64,000 nucleotides of DNA, from assembly GCA_016210045.1 (NCBI GenBank), contig JACQUX010000041.1, positions 72,789 through 136,788 on the forward strand. Direction: 5' to 3'. The DNA comes from Deltaproteobacteria bacterium (GTDB lineage: Bacteria; UBA10199; GCA-002796325; JACPFF01). Positions 39,316-48,586 of the stretch are shown piece after piece. Below the pieces are notes generated by a model. It did not search any database, was not told where the DNA came from, and was given only the letters and a program-made list of their open reading frames with translations. Position numbers and translations under genes: made by a program. Numbering within the stretch: position 1 is the stretch's first letter; every line of letters starts with the position of its first letter.

Positions 39316-40596
39316 CTATCCCTGCCACTCCGGTGCTGGGTACGGTGACCGTCCCTCCCGAATGAACGCCTCAAATTCCGTCCGAAACTTCGTGACGTAA
39401 CTGCGCACCGGCATCGCCAATGCGTCGGCCAACGCGCAAATCGTGCGGCCTTGCATCTTGTCGGCCAGGTCTTGGAGCAACGCCAAGTCTTCGTGGCGTC
39501 CTTCGCCGTGGTAGAGGCGATGCAGGATTTTTTCGACCCATCCCGAACCCTCGCGGCACGGTGTGCACTGGCCGCACGATTCGTGATGATAAAACACCGC
39601 CAGATTTTCCAACGCTGCGACCATGCTGGTTTGATCGTCGATGATGATCATTCCGCCAGAGCCGAGAAATGTTCCCGCGCCTTGGAGCGACTCATAATCG
39701 AGCGTCACGGCAAACGCCTCGTCCGCCGTGAGGACCGGAACCGACGATCCGCCGACGATCACGGCCTTCAGTTTGCGACCCTTCCATACGCCACCACAAT
39801 ATTCTTCCAGAAACAATTTGAACGGAATGCCGAGTGGCACTTCATAGACGCCGGGACGATTGACATGTCCGGAGACGCTCCAGAGCTTGGTGCCGGTACT
39901 TTTGCCGACGCCGATTTTGGCGTACGCCTCGCCGCCATGTTCGAGGATCCATGGCAGTGCGGCAATCGTTTCCACGTTGTTGACCACGGTGGGGCACCCG
40001 AAGGCCCCGGACACGGCCGGAAATGGAGGCTTGATGCGCGGCATGCCACGTTTGCCTTCGAGCGATTCGATCAGTCCGGTTTCTTCGCCGCAGATATACG
40101 CGCCGGCTCCGCGATGTTGATAAAAATCGAGGCTGAAATTTGACCCGCAAATATTCTGTCCCAAAAACCCGTGCTGATACGCCTCGGCAATGGCTTGCTC
40201 TACCATCTCCCATGGCCGATAGAATTCGCCACGAATATATTGATACGCGGTCCGCACACCCAATGCGTAGCTGGCGATGATGACGCCTTCGATCAGCATA
40301 TGTGGATCGTTTTCGAGGATCGCGCGGTCTTTAAAAGTGCCGGGCTCCGACTCGTCCGCATTGATGCAAAGATAAATCGGCTTTCCGGTATTTTTCGGGA
40401 CAAATCCCCATTTCACGCCCGCCGGGAATCCCGCGCCGCCACGCCCTCGCAACCCCGATCGCTTGGCTTCCTCCGTCACTTGTTCCGGCGACATCTGGAA
40501 CATTTTTTTGAGCGTCGCATAGCCACCCTGCGCCAAATAGGTCTGGATTGATCGGGAATGCGGCTTGCCCCAATTTTTGGTCAGGATCGGTTCCAT
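39316..40596 (-). CDS. nuoF: NADH-quinone oxidoreductase subunit F
   Basis: NADH- and FMN-binding glycine-rich motifs (GRGGAGFPAG) and 4Fe-4S cysteines (ESCGQCTPCREG). Confidence 0.9.
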   Translation of the reverse strand: MEPILTKNWGKPHSRSIQTYLAQGGYATLKKMFQMSPEQVTEEAKRSGLRGRGGAGFPAGVKWGFVPKNTGKPIYLCINADESEPGTFKDRAILENDPHMLIEGVIIASYALGVRTAYQYIRGEFYRPWEMVEQAIAEAYQHGFLGQNICGSNFSLDFYQHRGAGAYICGEETGLIESLEGKRGMPRIKPPFPAVSGAFGCPTVVNNVETIAALPWILEHGGEAYAKIGVGKSTGTKLWSVSGHVNRPGVYEVPLGIPFKLFLEEYCGGVWKGRKLKAVIVGGSSVPVLTADEAFAVTLDYESLQGAGTFLGSGGMIIIDDQTSMVAALENLAVFYHHESCGQCTPCREGSGWVEKILHRLYHGEGRHEDLALLQDLADKMQGRTICALADALAMPVRSYVTKFRTEFEAFIREGRSPYPAPEWQG

Positions 40597-40675
40597 ACTA
40601 TTGTGTACCAGAGGATCCTTCCCCGCCGGAGGTTGCGCCTCAGGATGACGATGCGGCAGAAAATCTGCCGCATCG

Positions 40676-41152
40676 TCACTTCAATGCATCCAATAATTTG
40701 TCGACCTGCTCCGGCGTAAGATTTTCGTAATAGTCGCGACCGTTCACTTGCATCATCGGAGCGGTGCCGCACGATCCAAGGCACTCCACTTCCGATAACT
40801 GAAACCGTCCGTCCGGCGTTTGTCCGCCGACGCGGACCCCCAATTTTCCTTCCAGATATTTTGTCAGCTGCTTTGCGCCACGGAGCCAGCAACTGAGCGT
40901 GCGGCATACTTGCAAATGGTGCCGCGCACACGGCCGCCGTTCGTACATCGTGTAGAACGTAACGACTTCGTACACCGCCGCCGGTGTGATATCCAACACC
41001 TGCGCGACGGCTTCCATGGCCTCCGCGCTGACCCAACCCTCTTGCGCCTGGACGATCCATAACACCGGCAACAACGCCGCGCGTCGTGTGGGATAACGAG
41101 CACAGAGTTGTTCGATTTGGTCGCGTTGGGCGGGCGTAAACTGAAAGGCCAT
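40676..41152 (-). CDS. nuoE: NADH-quinone oxidoreductase subunit E
   Basis: 2Fe-2S thioredoxin-like fold with cysteines at CRTLSC…CLGSCGTAP. The start is placed at MAFQFT. Confidence 0.85.
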   Translation of the reverse strand: MAFQFTPAQRDQIEQLCARYPTRRAALLPVLWIVQAQEGWVSAEAMEAVAQVLDITPAAVYEVVTFYTMYERRPCARHHLQVCRTLSCWLRGAKQLTKYLEGKLGVRVGGQTPDGRFQLSEVECLGSCGTAPMMQVNGRDYYENLTPEQVDKLLDALK

Positions 41153-41262
41153 GCGCGGCTCTTTACGGGAGTTGGCGGGAAGAATCAAGTCGGCGCATCA
41201 TTATTTCCACGACCAAATCGTGATTCCGATCAGTCGTTGAGGGGCGCCCGAGTCACCCGCCG

Positions 41263-42456
41263 TTAGCGATCCAATTCACCGGCGACAATATTGAGATTTC
41301 CGAGCACTGCGATCGCGTCGGCAATCAAGCTGCCTTTGATGAGGTGTGGATAGGCTTGAAAGAGCGCGAAACAGGGAGGCCGGACTTTGAGTCGATACGG
41401 TTTTCCGGTGCCATTGCTGACGAGATAAAAGCCAAGCTCCCCATTGGCCGCCTCGGTGTAGGAATACACTTCACCGACCGGCGGCTTGACGCCGAACATG
41501 ATCAATTCAAAGTGGCGGATCAGCCCTTCAATGCTGTTGTACACCTCGTGCTTCGGTGGCAGGGCCGAACGTCCTGCCGGATTGATGATCGGCCCATCGG
41601 GAATCTTATCCAAGGCCTGATGGATGAGCCGTTCCGATTGATCGATCTCTTCGATCCGCACCATGATCCGATCGAACGAATCGCCCACTTCGCCGATCGG
41701 GATATCGAATTGCAGTTCGTCGTAACACAAATACGGATGGGCCTTGCGGACATCGTATGGTTCGCCACTGGCGCGCAAGCACGGGCCGGTGAAGCCGTAG
41801 GCGATCGCGTCTTCGCGTGAGATCACGCCAACGTCGCGCGTTCGATCCAGGAAGATCCGATTTTTGCGCAACAGCCCCATGACATCCTTCACCGCCTTGC
41901 GCATTTCCAACAACGCGCCGCGCACGCCCTTGGCGAATCCTTCGGGCAGATCGCGCGCCACGCCACCGATCCGCGTGTAGGTGTTAGTGAGTCGCGCCCC
42001 GGTCAGGGCTTCGACCCAGACGTACATCAACTCGCGCACGTTGAAGAAATACCAATAATTCGTGAGCGCGCCCAAATCGACGACGTTCGTGGCGATGCAG
42101 ACCAAATGGTCCATGATGCGCGAGAGTTCGCTGATGATCACTCGGATGTATTGCGCGCGCGGCGGTACCGTGATGCCGAGCAATTTCTCCACCGCCATGC
42201 AGTACCCGACGTTATTCAGCAGCGGCGAGACGTAGTTCAGTCGATCCGTGTACGGAATGACTTGCGTGTAGGTGTGATCTTCCGATTCCTTTTCGAAGCA
42301 GCGATGCAGATAGCCGATTTCCGGTTCCGCACCGACGATGCGTTCGCCATCGAGCGTGAGCAACACGCGCAACGTCCCGTGCATCGTCGGATGTGACGGA
42401 CCCATATTGAGGTGCATGTGATGCGTATGTAAGGCGTCAGTCATGGCCATGCTCAC
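41263..42456 (-). CDS. nuoD: NADH-quinone oxidoreductase subunit D
   Basis: 49-kDa subunit signature (…GPSHPTMHGTLRV…; …RASGEPYDVRKAHPYLCYD…). Overlaps the nuoC stop. Confidence 0.9.
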   Translation of the reverse strand: MSMAMTDALHTHHMHLNMGPSHPTMHGTLRVLLTLDGERIVGAEPEIGYLHRCFEKESEDHTYTQVIPYTDRLNYVSPLLNNVGYCMAVEKLLGITVPPRAQYIRVIISELSRIMDHLVCIATNVVDLGALTNYWYFFNVRELMYVWVEALTGARLTNTYTRIGGVARDLPEGFAKGVRGALLEMRKAVKDVMGLLRKNRIFLDRTRDVGVISREDAIAYGFTGPCLRASGEPYDVRKAHPYLCYDELQFDIPIGEVGDSFDRIMVRIEEIDQSERLIHQALDKIPDGPIINPAGRSALPPKHEVYNSIEGLIRHFELIMFGVKPPVGEVYSYTEAANGELGFYLVSNGTGKPYRLKVRPPCFALFQAYPHLIKGSLIADAIAVLGNLNIVAGELDR

Positions 42457-42938
42457 ATCAGCGGATCGGGCGTTGGAATTTTGGGACGCCGATTCACCGG
42501 ATAGTCCTTCCGCAGCGGATGTCCTTCGAATTCGTCGAACGTCAGTAAACGCTTCAAATGTGGATGCCCGACAAAGGTGATGCCGAAGAGATCGAACGCT
42601 TCTCGTTCAAACCAATTCGCCGCCGGCCATACCGCGACCACCGAATCGACTTGCGGCGCTTCTCCGGCAAGCCGCACTTTCACCCGTACGCGATGTTTCT
42701 GTGTAGTGGAGTAGAGATGGTACACGACTTCAAATCGCTCGGCTCGTTCCGAATAATCCACACCACACAGATCGATCAGCATGTTGCATTCGATGCCCGG
42801 CGTTGCTTTCAACCACTGACAAAGCGGCACGATCTGTTCGCGGCGCACGATGGCCGTTTCATCCCCGCGAAAGTTGTGGGTTTCGATTATCGCTTCGCCG
42901 AAGCGGGCCCGGAGTTGTTCTAAGATCGCTTGTGACAT
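42453..42938 (-). CDS. nuoC: NADH-quinone oxidoreductase subunit C
   Basis: 30-kDa subunit motif …EREAFDLFGITFVGHPHLKRLL…. The start is placed at MSQAILEQL. Confidence 0.85.
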   Translation of the reverse strand: MSQAILEQLRARFGEAIIETHNFRGDETAIVRREQIVPLCQWLKATPGIECNMLIDLCGVDYSERAERFEVVYHLYSTTQKHRVRVKVRLAGEAPQVDSVVAVWPAANWFEREAFDLFGITFVGHPHLKRLLTFDEFEGHPLRKDYPVNRRPKIPTPDPLM

Positions 42939-42949
42939 GTTGCTCTCAG

Positions 42950-43480
42950 TTAAGCGGCGTTCCCTTTTTTGACCACACCCGACGCGGCCACCAGCGGCGG
43001 TGCCACGGGAAACGATTGCCCGGTCCCGCAAATTTTTTCCTGCAATTTGACTAATGCGTGGATGATTTGCTCCGGCCGTGGTGGACAGCCGGGAATGTAG
43101 ACATCCACCGGAATGATTTCATCGATCCCCTGCAGCGTCGAATAGTTGTCGTAAAATCCACCCGACGAGGCACACGCACCCATCGCGATGCACCATTTCG
43201 GTTCACACATTTGGTCCCAGACCCGCTTGAGAATCGGTGCCATTTTATATGTGATCGTTCCCATGACCAACATGAGATCCGCTTGCCGCGGACTGAAACG
43301 TACCAGCTCCGCGCCGAAGCGCGAGATGTCGAAGCGCGAAGAGACCACGCCCATGAATTCGATCGCGCAACACGCGGTGCCAAACGGCATCGGCCACAAG
43401 GAATACTTCCGCCCCCACGCCAACACGTGTTCCAAGCGCGTGGTGAAGAACCCCTCCTGCAATGTGTTCTGGATGCCCAT
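42950..43480 (-). CDS. nuoB: NADH-quinone oxidoreductase subunit B
   Basis: N2 cluster ligands …GTACCAIEF…GACASSGG…PGCPP. The start is placed at MGIQNT. The upstream extension overlaps nuoA and is rejected. Confidence 0.9.
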   Translation of the reverse strand: MGIQNTLQEGFFTTRLEHVLAWGRKYSLWPMPFGTACCAIEFMGVVSSRFDISRFGAELVRFSPRQADLMLVMGTITYKMAPILKRVWDQMCEPKWCIAMGACASSGGFYDNYSTLQGIDEIIPVDVYIPGCPPRPEQIIHALVKLQEKICGTGQSFPVAPPLVAASGVVKKGNAA

Positions 43481-43490
43481 ATCGTTCCAG

Positions 43491-43538
43491 CGTACGCACG
43501 TAAGCACGTACGCACGTACGCACTTACGCACGTAAGTT
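43491..43538. repeat. 6 x 8-bp tandem repeat (CGTACGCA and variants) filling the nuoA-nuoB spacer
   Basis: The units read CGTACGCA CGTAAGCA CGTACGCA CGTACGCA CTTACGCA CGTAAGTT. The last unit overlaps the nuoA stop codon. Each unit carries an ACGT core. Confidence 0.7.
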
Positions 43539-43911
43539 ACTGTTCCCAATCCAACGCGCGTCGCTTCCACACATATGCGAGCCCGAGCCCGAGGATGGCC
43601 ACAAAAAGCAATCCCTCGGTGACGATGAATGGGCCCATCCCATTCTCACGAAATGACCGCACCAAGATTGCCCATGGAAAGAGAAACGTGACTTCGACAT
43701 CGAACAGCAGAAAGAGGATCGCCACCAAGAAAAAATGAATCGAAAATCGCTGTCGCGGATTGGAGGCCTGGTCCACGCCGCATTCATACGGTGCTAGCTT
43801 GGCCTTGGACGGCCGTTTTTTGCCGATCAGCGCTGAGAGTCCCAAAAAGCCAAGTCCCAACGCAATGGCGAAAAGAAAGAGCACGGCGATAGGAAGATAC
43901 TCAGAAAGCAT
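43537..43911 (-). CDS. nuoA: NADH-quinone oxidoreductase subunit A
   Basis: 3-TM ND3 homologue (…PYECGVD…[12 protein letters not shown]…). 124 aa. Confidence 0.85.
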   Translation of the reverse strand: MLSEYLPIAVLFLFAIALGLGFLGLSALIGKKRPSKAKLAPYECGVDQASNPRQRFSIHFFLVAILFLLFDVEVTFLFPWAILVRSFRENGMGPFIVTEGLLFVAILGLGLAYVWKRRALDWEQ

Positions 43912-43967
43912 CGCGCGGGATGATGCGCTGAAGAGGGTGACAATGTCAACGAGAAGACGGCGAAGTT

Positions 43968-44324
43968 TTAATGACCGAGACCATGACGGCGTAAATATCG
44001 AACGACGGCGTCGTGACCCATCGTGAAAAGATTCGTGAAGCGGATCCCGATGCGTGTTTTACTTCCGGAGAATTCACGGCGCACAATTTCGCCACGCAAT
44101 GAGACGTCGCGTTCCAGTGCGGAGAGATCGACGACGACCTCGACCCGTCCCCCCTCCTGCACCGCCGGGCTATCCGCGTCGAGCATCATGCCGCCGCAAC
44201 TGAGATTCAGCGCGGTGGCCGGAATGAGCCGCCCTTTGTAGCGAATCGTGACCGGCAACTCGATGTCGACCCGCTCATGGCGGCGCCGTTCTGCCGCTTC
44301 CTGTTCCGAAGGTTGATCCACCAT
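43968..44324 (-). CDS. stand-alone PilZ-domain protein
   Basis: RxxxR motif (RRRHER) and DxSxGG motif (NLSCGG) in a 118-aa protein. It is divergent from gpsA. Confidence 0.65.
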   Translation of the reverse strand: MVDQPSEQEAAERRRHERVDIELPVTIRYKGRLIPATALNLSCGGMMLDADSPAVQEGGRVEVVVDLSALERDVSLRGEIVRREFSGSKTRIGIRFTNLFTMGHDAVVRYLRRHGLGH

Positions 44325-44452
44325 GCCACACCCCTTGTGCAGTGTATATCGGCCCTCGGCCAGAAAAGTTGCGTGAAAAATCCCCAGTGCTTTCTACCAT
44401 GCTAACCGGCTGTTGCAACTCCTCATTTCCTGACTTATGACTCATACTCTCT

Positions 44453-45475
44453 ATGTCATCAACCATTGCGGTCATCGGAGCGGGCAGTTGGGGCACAGCA
44501 TTGGCGCGGCTCTTGGCGAGCCAAGGCCGCCCGGTCACGTTGTGGGCCTTCGAGGCGGATTTGGCCGCGCGGCTTCAGGCCACTCGGATCAACGATATCT
44601 ATCTCCCTGGCGTAATCTTGCCCCCCTCGTTGACTTGTACTACCGACCTGACGCAAGCCGTCCATGAAGCCACGCTTGTCGTGTTGGTGACCCCAAGCCA
44701 CGTACTGCGCAGCGTGGCTACACAAATGGCACCGGCTCTCTCCCCGACTGCCATCATCACCTGCTGCACTAAAGGAATCGAAATCGGCACCGGCCGACTC
44801 ATGTCCGAAGTCTTGGTCGAGGCGCTCCCTCAGCACCCCACCACACTCCATACCTTTCTCTCCGGCCCCAGCTTCGCGAAAGAAGTTGCGGCGGAACAGC
44901 CTACGGCCGTTGTAGTGGCTGGGACTGATCGTGTTGCTACGCAACGCGTACAAGAAGTTTTTCGCACTCCGTATTTTCTGACATTCACCCACGATGACGT
45001 CATCGGCGTCGAAGTCGGCGGCGCGGTGAAAAACGTCCTCGCGATCGCTACCGGTATCGCCGAGGGACTCGGCCTTGGCCACAACACCCGCGCTGCCCTC
45101 ATCACGCGTGGGCTGTATGAAATGATCAAGCTCGGCCGTGTCCTCGGTGCCAATCCGTTAACCTTCGCTGGCCTCGCCGGCCTGGGCGACCTTGTCCTCA
45201 CATGCACCGGCGAACTCTCTCGCAATCGGCAAGTGGGCATTGCGCTGGGCCAAGGAACTCCGCTCGAAAAAATCCTCCGCACCATGACCATGGTTGCCGA
45301 AGGCGTGGCCACCTCGAAGGCCGTTTACGCCCTCATCCAGCGCCATCAATTGCGTGCGCCGATCTGCAGCGCCATCTATCATATCCTCCACGCCGGCATG
45401 CCGCCCCGCGCAGCGCTGACCGAGTTGACCTCGATGGACCTCAAAGATGAGTTCGCCGAGTGGCTCGTGAAATAG
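44453..45475 (+). CDS. gpsA: NAD(P)H-dependent glycerol-3-phosphate dehydrogenase
   Basis: N-terminus IAVIGAGSWGTALA and the GpsA-family body (…GAVKNVLAIATGI…). A TTGCAA-17nt-TATGAC promoter-like sequence lies at ~44418-44446. Confidence 0.9.
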   Translation: MSSTIAVIGAGSWGTALARLLASQGRPVTLWAFEADLAARLQATRINDIYLPGVILPPSLTCTTDLTQAVHEATLVVLVTPSHVLRSVATQMAPALSPTAIITCCTKGIEIGTGRLMSEVLVEALPQHPTTLHTFLSGPSFAKEVAAEQPTAVVVAGTDRVATQRVQEVFRTPYFLTFTHDDVIGVEVGGAVKNVLAIATGIAEGLGLGHNTRAALITRGLYEMIKLGRVLGANPLTFAGLAGLGDLVLTCTGELSRNRQVGIALGQGTPLEKILRTMTMVAEGVATSKAVYALIQRHQLRAPICSAIYHILHAGMPPRAALTELTSMDLKDEFAEWLVK

Positions 45476-45603
45476 TAAGTGGAGTGTTCCCTTCACCATA
45501 TTATTAGGGGTCACTCCGTCTCGCTGACGCAGTTCTAGGCCCTTTCCGGCCCTCGATTTTGGCTTTACAGTCGTCAAATATGCGTATTATACGTCGCTGA
45601 AAT

Positions 45604-47481
45604 ATGAACCCCCGCATCTACCGCCCTCCGTTTCAAACCAAACTCCCGGGACAGCAATGGGTGCTGCGCCGCGAAACACGGCGCCATCAGCCATCGGCAG
45701 CCAATGCGTTCAGTGCCAGACATCCAGCGAATCGTACGCGCATCGACCCGGCTCGCCAGCCATATGTTCCCTCTCTCTCGCCACCAGCCACCGCGCTCAG
45801 CGTCGCTGTCATCCCCACACTTCCCATCGGCATGATGGTGGACGGTGGTTTCGGACCGTCATCCGGAGAGCCCCCGCCGTTCCTCACTGGGGCGATGATT
45901 GTTCTCTGCGCGGCTGCCGTCGTGGGGCTGGGTTATACGATGCATCGAGTCGCCCATCAGCTGAGCGGTGGTTGGGGCGGATTTATCTACGGACCCTTTG
46001 TGACAATCCCTGCGGCCCTGCCGCGAGTCGTAGCAGCACGCCCACAGACACTCGCGGAGCCGGAGTCTGAAGATCCTGCGATGGGGGCTCTTCCGCCATT
46101 AGAGCGCGGCGCGATCTTGGCCTATGACCTTATTCGTTGCATCCCCAAACCGTTTGGCGCCGCGCGCGTGCTCCGGAACGCGACTAAAGCTGCCGCTCGC
46201 GTAGCAACATTGCGCACCAACGGTGCTGACTGGAACGCCATCACGATCGCGGCACAAGACGCCACGCACCAATTCGAGGCCGCCATCAAAGCATTCCATG
46301 GCAACGCGATCATGTTGCTCGTAGCGACGGAGCAATTTGCGGCACATCTACAACAGAACGCCGAAACGACGCTCGCCGAAATTTCATGGCGGTGCGCTGG
46401 CACGTTAGGGATGACGATCGGTCAGCAGGTGCGGAGCCACGCTGAGAAGACGCAACAATTTACTGCCGACGCGGCGGCGTTCGCTGCGTATTGCGCCCAT
46501 CGCGCTGCTGTTGCGTACATCAACGCCTCCCATTGTGCGACAGTTGACCATGCGTCATCGCCAGTACTGCAACATTTGTCTGCGGCGGAAGCCGCGTATC
46601 AGTTGCTCCACGAATGTTGCGCAGCGCTTGAACGACCGGCGGACGTTGCAAAAGTCGAAGTCACAATCGAACAGCTCCGATATGAAATGGCAGAGACCAT
46701 CGCCACATTTCACCGTCGAGTGCTACAAGATGCCGCCGAGGCGACAGCTTGTCGCGATTCCCGAGCCAATGCCAAAGCCTCAGCGCAACAAGCGCAACTC
46801 TTTCCCCCGTGGACCGAATATGTCGATGTTCCGTGGATTCACGCATCGACGCTTCTCGATCGTCTGAATGCGGATTTTGAGCCTATCGAGTCGGAGATAG
46901 AGCGCCTCAGACAAATGTTGGACCGTCTCCACACCCAAATCGAAGACTTACACATCGACGGTCCGCTCGACGCCGTGGCCGCGGAAGTCTTGGAAATCGT
47001 GGCTGGCTGGCTCCGACGTTCGTGGGTCGTAGTGACCGGCCCCCTTGCCTCGCGCGCCGAGCGAGAGCGCGAACGGGAGCGGTTACAGGCCAATGCAGTT
47101 CGACAGGGCCGACGTTTGGAACAACTGCAAACCAACGATCTCCGTGACACTGCGACGACCACGTTTTCCGCGCTCCTTGAAGCCGTGCGCCGACATGCTC
47201 CACTTCATCCGGAGGCGGAAGAAATCGCACGAGCGGCGCTGCTCACGTTCCTCCGCCAACGCCCGGAGTGGACCAGCACGCTCTTGGAAGTCTTGTTGCA
47301 ACAAGCCGACATGGCTCCAAGCCTCATCTTTAACCTCGTCACTATCCTCGGCACTGAACAACCCGGATGGTTCACTGCTGCGCCGCTCGATCTCTTGCGT
47401 TTCCACGCCACGCGGCACTCCGTTGCCATCCGTGCTTGGCGCCAACTACAAGCTACACATCCGCACACGTTTGCGGTCTAA
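45604..47481 (+). CDS. hypothetical membrane-anchored, Ala-rich coiled-coil protein
   Basis: 625-aa ORF. The first ~75 codons are Arg/Pro-rich, so the true start is likely at MMVDGG (~45832). A hydrophobic segment (AMIVLCAAAVVGLGYTM) is followed by a long helical, coiled-coil-prone region (…IESEIERLRQMLDRLHTQIEDL…ERERERERLQANAV…). No known domain. Confidence 0.4.
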   Translation: MNPRIYRPPFQTKLPGQQWVLRRETRRHQPSAANAFSARHPANRTRIDPARQPYVPSLSPPATALSVAVIPTLPIGMMVDGGFGPSSGEPPPFLTGAMIVLCAAAVVGLGYTMHRVAHQLSGGWGGFIYGPFVTIPAALPRVVAARPQTLAEPESEDPAMGALPPLERGAILAYDLIRCIPKPFGAARVLRNATKAAARVATLRTNGADWNAITIAAQDATHQFEAAIKAFHGNAIMLLVATEQFAAHLQQNAETTLAEISWRCAGTLGMTIGQQVRSHAEKTQQFTADAAAFAAYCAHRAAVAYINASHCATVDHASSPVLQHLSAAEAAYQLLHECCAALERPADVAKVEVTIEQLRYEMAETIATFHRRVLQDAAEATACRDSRANAKASAQQAQLFPPWTEYVDVPWIHASTLLDRLNADFEPIESEIERLRQMLDRLHTQIEDLHIDGPLDAVAAEVLEIVAGWLRRSWVVVTGPLASRAERERERERLQANAVRQGRRLEQLQTNDLRDTATTTFSALLEAVRRHAPLHPEAEEIARAALLTFLRQRPEWTSTLLEVLLQQADMAPSLIFNLVTILGTEQPGWFTAAPLDLLRFHATRHSVAIRAWRQLQATHPHTFAV

Positions 47482-47548
47482 ACGCTTATGGCGCTGGCAT
47501 CGAGCGAATGATTGACAAGCATCAGCTGCTTCATCTAAGCACCGGCGC

Positions 47549-47797
47549 ATGCCTCGCGGAAAAACGAAGACGCGCACCACGCGCGATGAATTAGAAATGA
47601 GCCTCTCCGAAGACGACTTGATTTCCGGCCTCATGGAGATCCAAGGCCGAAATGTCGAAGTCGTGGCGTTTGGGATCGCGTATTCCGGCGTGTTGAAGGA
47701 AATTAACGTTCGACAAGGATACGTAACAGTCGCTGACGGCGAAGATCTCGCCGCGTTGGAATTCGAACGCATCGAATCGTATCGTCTACTCGAGTAA
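47549..47797 (+). CDS. small acidic hypothetical protein (alternative start 47597, 66 aa)
   Basis: MSLSEDDLISGLMEIQGRNVEVVAF…. Its stop lies 2 nt before the GTG start of the next gene. Confidence 0.35.
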   Translation: MPRGKTKTRTTRDELEMSLSEDDLISGLMEIQGRNVEVVAFGIAYSGVLKEINVRQGYVTVADGEDLAALEFERIESYRLLE

Positions 47798-47799
47798 TT

Positions 47800-48582
47800 G
47801 TGGCCATCATCACCCTCACCACAGATTTTGGCACCCGCGACGGTTATGTCGGCGCGATGAAAGGCGTTGTGCTCTCTATCGCGCCGCACGCACACTTGCA
47901 CGATTTGGCCCACCAACTCCCCGCCCACGACGTCACTCACGCGGCCTTCGTGCTAGCCGAGGCCGCACGCTACTTCCCTGCCAACACGATTCACGTCGCG
48001 GTTGTCGATCCCGGCGTGGGCAGTGCGCGCCTTCCTATCTGCGTATGTTGCAAGGAACAGTGGTATGTCGGTCCCGATAATGGTCTCTTTACGCTTTGTC
48101 TCGGCGACGACCCTTGGATCGGTTACCAGCTCACGAATCCCGCTTATTTTCGCCACGCTGTCAGTCCGACCTTCCACGGCCGCGACCTCTTTGCGCCGAT
48201 CGCCGCCCACGTGGCCAACGGCGTCGATCCGCAGCAATTCGGACCTCCGCTCGCCACGCTGACTCAACTGCCCCTCCCCACCACGCAACGCACCGGCGAC
48301 GAACTCTGCGGAGAAGTCATTTATCTGGATCACTTCGGCAATGCAGTGACTAACATCCGCACCACGGACCTTTCCGTAACAGGCAATATGCTGCGCATCC
48401 AAGTCGGCGAAGTCGTCATCGACGGCCTGGCCCGCACCTACGAAGACCGTCCGCCACTGGCCCCGCTGGCCGTAATCGGCAGTCATCACTTACTAGAAAT
48501 CGCCGTGCGCGAAGGTAGCGCCGCCCGCCAACTGCAACTCCGCCGTGGGACCCCGGTGCAAGTCCGATGCACCACGGCGTAA
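47800..48582 (+). CDS. SAM hydroxide adenosyltransferase / SAM hydrolase family protein (DUF62; fluorinase-chlorinase superfamily)
   Basis: GTG start. The N-terminus IITLTTDFGTRDGYVGAMKGV…VVDPGVG…GPDNG…LDHFGN matches the conserved DUF62 motifs. Confidence 0.75.
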   Translation: MAIITLTTDFGTRDGYVGAMKGVVLSIAPHAHLHDLAHQLPAHDVTHAAFVLAEAARYFPANTIHVAVVDPGVGSARLPICVCCKEQWYVGPDNGLFTLCLGDDPWIGYQLTNPAYFRHAVSPTFHGRDLFAPIAAHVANGVDPQQFGPPLATLTQLPLPTTQRTGDELCGEVIYLDHFGNAVTNIRTTDLSVTGNMLRIQVGEVVIDGLARTYEDRPPLAPLAVIGSHHLLEIAVREGSAARQLQLRRGTPVQVRCTTA

Positions 48583-48586
48583 TCGT

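Noticed and set aside
43051-43570. Alternative long N-terminal extension of nuoB (206 aa) and ORF 43051..43515
   Set aside because: The extension would overlap nuoA and the tandem-repeat spacer. The conserved NuoB N-terminus begins at MGIQNT.
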